From Eremomyces bilateralis CBS 781.70 (lineage: Eukaryota), in NCBI GenBank assembly GCA_010015585.1, contig ML975167.1: a stretch of 64,000 nucleotides of DNA; one strand, given 5' to 3'. Below are positions 38,921 through 50,104 of the stretch, piece by piece. The notes beneath the pieces were generated by a model. That model was not told the origin of the DNA, did not search any database, and saw only the letters and a list, made by a program, of their open reading frames with translations. The position numbers were made by a program, and so were the translations under genes. Within the stretch, counting starts at the first letter, position 1. Every line of letters starts with the position of its first letter.

Positions 38921-41900
38921 TTACTGGGTCTTTTCGTGCTGGGTGGAGACACGTTGCAATGAGACAACTAAATATGATGTTAGCGATCCGTTCCCATCGA
39001 AAATTGATGCGGCGGGACTTACCGAAATCTTCCAGGCTCCTCTGCTTCGCATCCTTGCGCAGGCCCTTGCCGTGCATGAAGTTGTCGAATCCTTGCGAGC
39101 CCTGCATGAGGTAGTAAAGACCGCCCATGACGCAGAAGACGCCGAATGAGAAGATCCAAATACGCACGACGGCGACGATGCTGGTCTGGCCGCCAATGAA
39201 CCAGCCGAACAGGCAGAAGAAGGTGGCGATGATGTCGACGATCAGAATGGCACCGGTGAGCTGCCAGCTGGGAATGCTGCTCCAGAACGGCCCGTTGGCG
39301 CGGGTGATGAAGATCAGCCAGTTCTCCGTCAGCGAGATCTCGAGGAATAGGACCTCGTCGCGGACACCGAAGTTCTGGACGATACCACCGTAGATGCCTT
39401 GGCCGGGTTCGTCATTGGAGTCGTTATGGTACGGCATCATGGTGGTGAGGGTGATCCAGGTGCCGATGGCCAGGACGATGCCGAGAAGGACGGACATTCC
39501 CCAGAGCTTGGGCAGGTTCCACTTGACGGGGGTCTTGGAGAAGGGCGCGTTGTCGTAGGCGATAGCCAGGGTGGCGATGTCAGCGAAAATGGCGATGAAG
39601 ACGACCAATTCCAGGTTCAGCGAGGTGTTGAGGATCGCGATCCAGAGACCCAGGAAGATTTCCAAATGGAGGGATAGCGCGATACGGTAGACGACGTAGG
39701 CGTACATGCGGTGGAAAATCTGGCGGGAAGTCTTGAGCGCGTCGATGATGGCGGACAGACCGGGGGCGAGGAAGACGATATCGGCAGCGGATCGGGCGGC
39801 ATCAGAGGCGCCCTCGACGGCAATACCGGTGTCGGCCTTCTTGAGCGAGGGAGCGTCGTTGACACCGTCACCCGTCATGGCGACGAGGTAGCCACGCTGT
39901 TGCAGGATCTCGACGACGTTGTACTTGTGCTGGGGGAACACCTCGGCGAAACCGTCGGCGGCCTCGACGAAATCATAGACTTCGGAACCGGGCATCTCAC
40001 CACCGCCACCGAGACCGAGACGTTCGGCGTTGTAGACGTTGGTTCCGAGACCGAGCTGACGAGAGGTTTCACGAGCGATGCCGACGGCATCACCAGTCAG
40101 CATTTTGATGGACAGACCGAGGGTCTTGGCTTCGTTGATCGTGCGACCGGTGTCGTGACGGGGAGGGTCGGAGCAAGGCATGATGCCGAGGATTTCCCAA
40201 GAGTTATCGCCGCGCTTGCGAGCGACACCGAGCGAGCGGAAACCACGGGTGGCGAATTCGGCGACCTTGTTCTTGTAGGCCTCGTCGACCTCATCGGGGA
40301 TAGGGTGATCCTCTTCGACGGTCTTGAGGACGAAAAGCGGAGCGCCCTTGACACAGGTGATGGTCTCACCTTGAGGGGACTCCACGATGGCGGTAACCTT
40401 CTTGGAGACGGGATCGAAGGGGAAGAAGTTGATGACCTTGTACTTGGACAGGACGTTCTTGGCACGGGGGTAGTACTTGAGGGACTTCAGGAAGGCCTTG
40501 TCGATGGCATCGATACCCTTCTTCTTGCGAGAGGCAGCCAGGCACGCGGTGAGCATGAGATCTTCCGGGTCAACGCCGGCGACGCAGTACGGCTCGGCGA
40601 GGGACAGCTTGTTCTTGGTCAAGGTACCGGTCTTGTCGGAGCAGAGGATCTCGACACCGGCCAGGGACTCGATGGCAGACAGCTTCTGGACGATGGCCTG
40701 CTTCTTGGCGAGATAGGCGGCACCGACAGCCATGGTGGTGGTGACGACAGCGGGAAGACCGACGGGCACACCGATGATGGTGATGGCCAGGGTGAACTCG
40801 AGGATCTCGACGATGGGGTTGGAGCGGTAGAAGGACGAGACCCAGACGATCAGGAGCGTGGCGATGACAAGCACCAGGAGGATCGTCCCGATGCCGTTCA
40901 GCACCTCAGTGAAATGGCCGGTGCCACCAGAGGCGGATGCGACGAGCGAAGCGGCACGACCGACGAAAGTGCTGTCACCAGTAGCGCTGATGACCATGAA
41001 GGCCTCACCACGCTTGACGGCAGACGACGCGTAGCAGGTATCGCCCTTGTGCTTGTCCACAGCGAGCGATTCACCGGTGATGGAAGACTGATCGACCTGG
41101 AGGAAGGCATCCTCGGTGACGATGCGGCCATCGGCTGGGATGATGGTACCCTTGGCACATGTTAGGATCCAGGGTTCTGTTTTGTTGTGCAACCCGAACT
41201 TACCTCTTCGATCTGGAGGATATCACCAGGCACGACCTCAGGAGCGGCGACTTCGACGAGCGCACCGTCACGGAGAACGGTGGCCTTGAGAGCGAGGGTC
41301 TTCTTCAATTCGGCGACGATGGAACCGGCTTGGAATTCTTGGATGAAACCGACGGCGGCGTTGAGCAGGAGCAGAGCGCAGATGACACCGAAATCAACCC
41401 AGTCCTCGAGACCAGCAGCGAGAACGGCAGCGGCCTATGAATGTCGCGTCAGTATGGCTTGAACAAGGACAACGCTGCAATTGGCGTCGACAAGCTGTTC
41501 GGAATGGCGTGGGTGGCTTACCTCCATGACGAACTGGATAGGACCGATGAAGAACCCGAGGAACTTCAGGATCAGATTCTCCTTCTCCTCCTTCATCTGA
41601 TTGAGACCGTACTTCTTGCGACGACGGCCAACCTCGTCGGTGGACAGACCGGTGCGCGTGTCGGTCTGGAGGAGTTCCTCAGGCACGACACGGGCACCGC
41701 CAGGGCGAGCGCCGCCCTCCTCCTCCTCCTCTTCCTCTTGACCGGCGTCCTGCGACTCGAGCTCCTCGATCAACGCATCCATGTCCTCCTCCTCATCGTC
41801 GTCGACGGTCTCCTTCTTGGGGGGGAGATCGGCGGCGGGTGCCTCCTGATGTTCTTGTTCGAGGGCGCGCTTCTCGTCGAGACCACCGGTGGGCACCGAG

Positions 41901-41944
41901 GTGCCGAGATGGTTCGGCGGCACGGTGGATGAATTCTCCGCCAT
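38921..41944 (-). CDS. PMA1: Plasma membrane H+-ATPase (P3A); introns 41435-41521, 41151-41203, 38968-39022
   Basis: [60 protein letters not shown] and the C-terminal [19 protein letters not shown]. Strong codon bias. Confidence 0.98.
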
Positions 41945-43767
41945 GGTGAAGGGATTGCGAGGCGGTAGGAATTAATTCGAAAGGATCCGATCCAATTGGC
42001 GTTGGCAGTGGACTGCAATGGCGAACTGAGCTGTCAGCGAACGCGTCTTGAGATCCGACCAATTAGAGAAGGTCGAATTGGGGAAAAGGTGAGGGAAAAG
42101 GCGCGTCACGTTGGACGGCGTCAGAAAACGAGGGAAACCCAATAAAGAAAGACGGTGAAATTGCAAGAACTGCAATGACCCCTGGGATTGGGAAACCGAA
42201 AGGGAGGGTGAAGAAGAAAAAGAATTAAATGAAAAAATACAAAGGAAGCGAGCGACGGGGAATGGGAGAGGTAGTTATGTTTTTATTGTGATGGCCGTAG
42301 GGGGGTGGACACTTGGACAGCAGCAGACTGTGGACGGTGGTGGATTCTCTAGACAGCAATGGGCAACAGGTGGAGGGAAAACACTGGGATGGGGTGCCGA
42401 TGAGCCCGTCGAGCCCGTCGCAGCCGTAGCTCAAAACTCGGAGTTTTAGCTGCGATAACACCTGCCCTTGGGACCGGAGCCAGTTGGGAACAGACTGGTG
42501 CCCGCCAATCTCCGGTTGAGTGTCCACTGTTGTCCAGTTTTGAACCCTTTGGTGAGTTTGGGGCCTTGGGTGAGTTTGCTCTCGCTTTTCCCTCGCTTGA
42601 ATGAGAAACTGAGGAGGCGTTAAACATTCGCAGAGTGCTACCCTCAGCGGAATGACGGCACTGCTAGTGAAGAAACCGCCATTTGGTGAACGGTCCTTTT
42701 CTTCCATCCCTTGCCAATCTGCCAATTGATGGATTTGTTGTGATGACGAAATCCGCCCCAACGGCAGAGGGCGGCACTCTCCCATCCCAGTCCCCAAGGC
42801 CCAAAGCAAATCTCCAATTTGGGTCAGGATGAGCGGCAAGGTCATGCAACCAGCAAAGTCGCAAGGTGCATGCATGGGCAGGGAAAAACGTGTGAAAATT
42901 GCAAAATGGAAAACTTCAGCACTTACATCTGTTGATCACTATCACCAATGCTCTCTCCCACTCAATTGCCCCTCTGCTGGCCTGAACCGTAAGGCGGTGG
43001 TTTGTCGCTTCGCCAGTCTGTTCCGTTTCGTTTCACCTCGAGGAATTTTTCTTTTCACCGGGATGAGGAAAGCTCCAATATTTGGTTGAAGCTGCAGGTG
43101 GAGCAACGGATCAGTTCTGTTGGGTGTTCGGTGGGGAAGCTTTCCACTGCGCGTACCGTAGATCTGTCGATAGCTGTTCGAGCTGTACCTCTCCTCTCCG
43201 CCTGTCGCTGATCCAGCTGGGCTTCTAAATTCACTCGCTACGGCAATTGATTCTCGGGAACGAGTTCAATTGCGAGGCGTAGGAGTGCCCGAGGTTCACG
43301 GCGGGAAAAACGTATGCACAAGAAGCTCACGGCGAGATGGGATGCGAACGATCCAATCTTGAAGTTTTGTCGGGAAGAGGGGAGAGGGTTTGCGCGAGCA
43401 AGAAACGATGACGCCGGGAACTGACAGCAGCTCGGAAACAGCAGCAGCAGCAGCAAATGTCAAGTCTAGCGAGCAGCGGAAGGAAGGGGAGCAGAACGCC
43501 GTCTTTTAAATCCCTCTTCGATACGGTGGCTCTCAGGCTCTGGGAGTCGGCGGGGGGGTGCAGCCGCATACTACGTAGGCAAAAGACGGCAGAGAGGAAG
43601 ACGCAAAGAATACGCTAGCCAGGTTCGGGATGCTCAGCGTGGGGAGGCGAAAAGCGAGAGTGACCAAAGGGCTGATGGAGGGAACGGGGGGCTGGGGGAG
43701 GGATTCGATGATGCTGGATGGGTGCTGAGCGCTGGCCACTAAATGATGAGGACTTACCGATGGAGAA

Positions 43768-46668
43768 GCCAAGTCAAAAAAGTCTTGGGTGTTTCTTTGC
43801 GATTGATACTGCTAACTATACTACTGCTCTACTAGTTAGTAAGTAATAGCAAGTCGAAGTCCGGTGAATACAATAGCTGCTGTCCATATCCTGTGCAAAG
43901 TGTCATTGTTATTCTGCCCTGGCCCCTAGGGCCATGCACATATCCACCCACTTCGTAGCCATTTGCCGCGATTAACCTTTCGCGATGCCACTCCCTGGCC
44001 TCTGACGCAGGCGGTCCGCCAAGGGGAGTGTGTGATCTGCCTCATCTCAAGGATATCGGGTTCAAGTGCCGTCCAACTGCTCAAGGGCCGACGGAAGCAC
44101 AGCAGCAACGGCGTGGACGAACGGCAACAGACGGATCAACAGATTTTTGGTTTTCACGCAATCAACTGCCTCTCGGTCCCGCGTCGGTTTGCAATTGGCA
44201 AATGTTCGATGCCAAATCGCTCCTTAGTTGCTCGCTGAGGAAATGTTGATGAGTTGATCGAGTCCATCTCGGGGCTAGTCTAGTTGATCGCCCCGTTATT
44301 GATTGATGATGGACGTTGATCACGTTAATTATTGGCAATTCGAATGACCGTGCAAAACAGCAAAAGCAATGCCAGTTGCCAAGGCGTGGAAGGTTCAAGA
44401 ATTAGTGGCATCATTAAACATTACATTGTATGTACATATTACTACCGCCCAGAATTTCTGCTTTACTTGAATTGATAAAGCCAAGTCCTTCATTGATCAG
44501 ACATTTGTCGCTATCATTAAACCACTTGTCTTCGCAATTCCAGTTCCTGATTGCCCGTGTCAAATTGGGCGCCAGTGCCGATTCTCCACCCGTCTTCAAT
44601 GGATTTACTAAAGAAAGCTTATGTCCCGTCGTGAAAGCATCCCAGCCTATTCCTGGGGATTTTTAACCGGTTTGGAGCATTGCTCGTCTTCGACTTGTCA
44701 ACTGTCAACTGTTATCTATATAAAAGGGAATCCAAGACATTGAAAAGGAAATGATCGAACCATGTTCGTGGAGAATTGCAAACACCAAGCCTCGCAAGCT
44801 TATGACTGTATACAAAAATGTCTTGTCCTCCAAGTCTCTATATTGCCTAGAATCGAGCAGACCATTGGCAGTCGCAGCTTAAAAACGCCTCTAAATACAA
44901 TTAGGTCGCGGCTCTCAGCTCACAGTAGATCTCAATTACTTCCCAATAACGACCCTCATGTCTGCTTCTTAGACACTGTTGGTATTGGGCTATTACATAT
45001 CGTCGCAACACATCCCACGATGACCCGATCGAGCGCCTCTGACGCCAATCCCTCCATCGGGCGTCCAATGTCCATCTAGCGACGCTGCTAAGGCCCTGCC
45101 GGCATGATATGCTGTCCCTCGGCTTGGTGGGTGCCGAGCCCTGCGATAGGATTGGACGATCGATCCCCATGCATGTCCATTGCATGTTTCTTCTGCCGAA
45201 TCGACGAAGCTCTGGCCTGCGGGCGCTGGCTGGTGGGTGACGATTTCCTGCGAAGCAGAGTGACGAATCTGACGATTCACGATAGGTTTCGCCAAGCGGG
45301 AGAAAGCTTGAGCGGCATGGAGGGGAAACAATCACACACCCCATAATCCATCGGCCAAGTGCCAATTCAAGTGCGGATGCTGGGCTTGCTGGCGTGCTTC
45401 CTGCCCTGACGACGCCATCCGCCATCGGCACCCACGCCGTTGCATTTACACCGGACATTATTGGGCGAGGCGACACGTCGCGAGGCTCCAATTCCCCGTC
45501 CGTAAACTTCCATAACATCAAAGATAAACCCGGACGAGGACGAGGACGAGAGTCAAGAAAGCATTTCCTTTTCACTTTTTCCTAGACAGGGCTATTCCCG
45601 GCCAAGCGCCCTCGGCCGTACTTCCGATTCGAAAGGCCCGAAACATGGGGAAGAATCATCATTAATCGCGCATCAGTGCGAGACTGCGAAACAGCGCGAG
45701 AGAGCGAGCGCGAAACTAGAAAACATTTCTGTAATTCGTTCAATGTCGGGCTTGTCGGCATTGTGGGCGCAAGCCGCAAAGGGGACAATGGCGATGGCGA
45801 GGCGGATTTCAGTCATTCAGGATTGGATATCCGCGGAAAAAGAAAGTTCCTAGTGCCAGAATGGTCAGTCGTCGCGGATGGTCCCGCGAGCTGCGCGAAG
45901 GAGTGCCAGAAACGTGCGAGCGAGCCTTCCCGATTCCCGCAGGTCCAAAATGCGATTATCGTGGCAATTCGACGGTTCAATTGGCTAATTGAAGGGGAGG
46001 ATTGCTCCATCGACCCGGTAGGAGAGTTGAACACTTGAACTTTGAAGGCTTTGAAGATGAGACGCAGGGTTTGTAGATGACATCTGCCTTCTGGTCAGTG
46101 GTCCCTGGCTTGTGGCTACTAAGCACGCATAGGATTTCAAGCTCGAGCTCGAGCTCCTGTCCATTATGATCCGCTTCTCGTGCGTTCTGGAAATCCAGAT
46201 GCTTGCGGCAATTCTGCCATAGGCCCGTCGATTGAGCTATTTGAGCCTCGCCTGCCGATTGCCATCCAGACAGTTGACCTCTCCGGTGGCCACATAAACC
46301 ATACTATATTCCCATTTCCCCTCCCCGGCTCCTGGTCGTTATCACAGCACAGACCCTTTTGAGGGATTAAATTTCTACACACTCAAACACAGTTAACTAC
46401 CGAAAGCATTTCACACAACGATGACCTGTTCTAGCCTTTCCCGCCTCCAGGTTTCCAGCGGTGAGTGAGTGCCGATATCCCGACCCTCCGCCGAAGCGCT
46501 GCGGTTCCGCCGTCCGTTCCGAAGCCTTGAGGTATGGCATTATTCTGGGCCCTTCAGCACCCTGTCACTGGGGGGTGGAAGGTTCAGAGCATCCTCGAAT
46601 TACATGAACGCAAAATCCCTCTTATATTTCCCTTCCTCCAATTGGAGTGGTTTTTCACACACGCCAAG
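43768..46668. promoter_or_regulatory. Cluster of 10 PacC/Rim101 consensus sites (GCCARG) upstream of pma1
   Basis: GCCAAG at 43768, 44378, 44480, 45291, 45354, 45601 and 46663; CCTGGC at 43918, 43994 and 46104. Confidence 0.55.
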
Positions 46669-49600
46669 CCTACTGTAATATGTACATCCTCCAGTAACCG
46701 TCGATACGGTAAGACCCGTAAAGTCGCAGGATGCCCTTCGTAACTTCGCTTTGGCTGCGAATAAATCCCGCAAGCCTGCAAACGGCAAAGGCCAAAGCAA
46801 ACTTGCGCTGCTTCGTAAATTGTAACGCCTTGCCTATAAGGCGACAATCTGCAGATATCGACATGGACCGATGGACCTGGACATGGAGATGCACACGGAA
46901 CTACCAGAGCCTCCAAAAAAAATTCTGCCCCGAATCCCGATCCTACCTATCATTTCGCCGCTCCCGCCCTGCCCTGCATTTCCTGCTTGCGACGACAAGA
47001 AAATGCCTCCCGTAGGCAATCAACTTGTCGGGTCACGGAACGGTGCGATGACGCTAGACCTAGATCGCAGCTGAAAGCGAAAAGGCGAAAACCTAACCCA
47101 CTCGACGCCTGCAGAAATTCGAATTTTTGGGAGAAACGAGTCCGATAATCCGACGCTCCGATATACCCGGCGGGCTTTCATCGAAACGAGGAGGAGAACG
47201 TGGATAGGATTGCAGAGTTCCGGAATCGTCGACGGTCTGGCCGTGGTTGCTAACTACAGTAGTTACCGGTTACCGGACTCCATCTTTACCGCAATTGTGA
47301 ATTCGCCGAATTATCACCTGCCCCAAAAGTCCCAACCCTCCCAAAGCCAGCGATCGTTTGGCCTGTGAGGAGGCCGATGATTGATTGACAGGAGAAACAC
47401 CCACGGCCCGGTCAACGTCATACTTGAACCGTGCGGCTTGCTGATCCTGACAATTTTCCAATTTCAATCTTTCGCTTGCCCTTAGCTTGCTCCGAGTGCA
47501 GGATGATTGAGCCGCATCGTCAGACTTTAGAATGGGGCGACGGGCAGGAATATTAATGCTGATTGCTGACATGATGATTGATCAGACACAGGACTTGACT
47601 GGTCGGTCTTACATTGGGATATTTGGACATTTATATGAATGATGATAGATCACGACGCAAAGATTCATAATAATGCGGAGTGGAGATGAGCGGATGTAAT
47701 GGCTCATCTCCCCTTGATTGGCAGACGTCAGGACATGGATATAGAGTGTCCAAACTCCAAACTCTTCCCGAGTCCCAGCATTTCAGGTCCGAACTCAAGC
47801 CCATTGTTGCTTTTAACCATGAAGCACGGTTCGTTCAACCACGAGCATTGGCTGAACACTAGACTTCATTTTATCCCAAAGTCCGAGACCTTGACAGCTT
47901 GATCGCATCAACTCTATCAATTTCCGCAGATTCAACTCCCATCCTGCTATACGAACCCTTATCGCTCCGGAAACGCCAGCTCCCACCGCTCTCCACGCAA
48001 ACGCTATGCATAGAGGATGAAGTGAATGACGTTAACATGTGCTAATGACTCCGATCCTTTGTCTTTGCGAGCACCTGACCATGCAATCTGCCGGAAGCCA
48101 CAAGCTTGAACGTATTACACAACAGCAAACGTGCAGACGGGGACTCGGGGAATGAAGGGCACCGGATCCCTGACTGGCTGCCGGAATCTTTGCCAACTGC
48201 AACCATGCACAGGGCGTCAGGTTTCACAAGAGCGAAGATGACCACCGACCATCGATGACTTGACGACATCGTGGCTAAGATGCGAAGCTTGCGAGAAACG
48301 AAGGTGGTCGAGCAAGCGAGGGCGCAAAGGCAGCTGCCTCAAGTAGACGTGAAGTCTCAATTGCCGTCGAGGATAATGAACCTTACGATTGAGAAGTGCT
48401 TGTTATGCTGCCTGCACTGTACATCCGTGCTGGACGCCGAGTTGGCCGTCTGAAACTCCTAATATCCATAACTGCGAGCATCTGGTCGTTTCGACGTCTC
48501 TATATCAAGAACTTGGGCACACATGGAATGCGTCCTCATCCACGTACTGCGCCCAATGTCAGGTAGGTTCCACGGTCACTAGAGGCGTATATCGTAGACA
48601 GTAAGGCCTTGGAGATCCAATTGGCATTCCTAACGAACGAAATCTTTGACTACCGTCGTGTACGACACTCCGTTCGAGGTCTGGACCGTGGAGATGGTGT
48701 ATTTGGGTCCTGGGATGTCCACAAGGCGCCCATTCCGCATCTCGATGATCGCGTGTCGAGCACGTTATGTTAGATCTGCAGGAGAAGTACCTGAAACTAC
48801 TGGGTTGGAACCACAGCGCGTTCATACAGCTTCGAGATAAGGGCAGTATATAGCGAACGAGTCTATTCAGAACACACATGAGACCTGAACTGGATGGTAT
48901 TTCAACCCTCGAAGCCAAATGTCATACCTATCGGCCTTTAAATCCGCTTCCGTCTCCTTCAACCAATGACCGCCACAATATGGTTCATACAACCAAACTT
49001 TCATCATGAAGAGAGGCTGAAGAACCAACCAAACCAAGATAGGATGAGCCTTCCATAAAATGGCTCATTGACGCTACGATTCCACACTTCCCAATGCGTA
49101 AACCGTGGTCGACTAGCCGCTCATCCGTGGGCATTCGACGCACGTGAAGCATGAACCGCTGGCTCATCATTGAGGCTGATGATCCACGTTCTGTCGTGTG
49201 ATGTTGCTGCGTTGGTTCGAGATGCGGGACCCAAGGAACACGGACGTGTCGAGGAGATGCTCCGAGGAGTGGGTGTGAACGCACTGCACATCAAGCCCTC
49301 ATGACTCCATCTAGGTCTGCCCTTGGCGTTCTGTTCCTATCGCAAACGGACGAGGGAGGGTACTATGGAACACGATCGTAAAGATCTTAATCACGGATTC
49401 GAGATGAGTATCCCAGGTTGAGGATTCGAGATGTCGTGCTGCTCACCCATTAAACGCCGTCTGCTTGGCCGTGTCCTACGAGCACTTCACGTCAGCGACA
49501 TTACCACAGCACATCACTAGGCGGTATCATTTCATGCTCGTAAATTTTCAGTTAACTGGTGCTATGCGCGCATGACCATCCGTGACCATCCGTGACCATA

Positions 49601-50104
49601 TACCATCGAAATCCGTTGAATAAAACCCCAGCCGAACCGAAGCAAAGAAATAGCGATAAGAATGTTGCCCTCCGTTTTCCGATTTTTGAGAGTAAGATTG
49701 CAAGTGACAACACAGTAGGAAACGCCCGTGAGAATACCCGTTGATACGCCGTCTGCCCCCGCGCTATGCATGATTTTTGGTATGATATCTCGTTCATGAA
49801 TGGCACGTGGCGAGGTGGCCCGCCGTGGAAAGAGGATGGAATACCCTTGTTCTGCAGACCGTGGAAGCAGGCATCCCATCGAAGAGAAGATAAAAATATG
49901 ATGATGAGTGGAGAGAGGAGGGGTATCATTGTCCATGTTTTGAGAGTGGGGGAAGGAAATAAGGAAATTAAAGGCAACATATGCCGGGTATCGAGGCATG
50001 ATGCTAATAGCAAAGTCGTGAAATGTTCGCGGTCAACCACGCCCGTAAGTCGCCTCCCTGTGACTCCGAGGAACATCCTGCAGGGTACTGAATCTGACCA
50101 CCGA

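Noticed and set aside
39711..41165. 484-aa antisense ORF over PMA1 (similar ones over GAPDH, HDA1 and NEO1)
   Set aside because: Expected shadow of strong C/G third-position codon bias, which removes antisense stops. No recognisable domain.
44000..50100. Short ORFs between PMA1 and PFK26 (e.g. 44901-45575, 48559-48918, 49552-50118)
   Set aside because: No motifs, codon bias or coherent exon structure. A decayed gene near 48.4-49.0 kb cannot be excluded but is unsupported.
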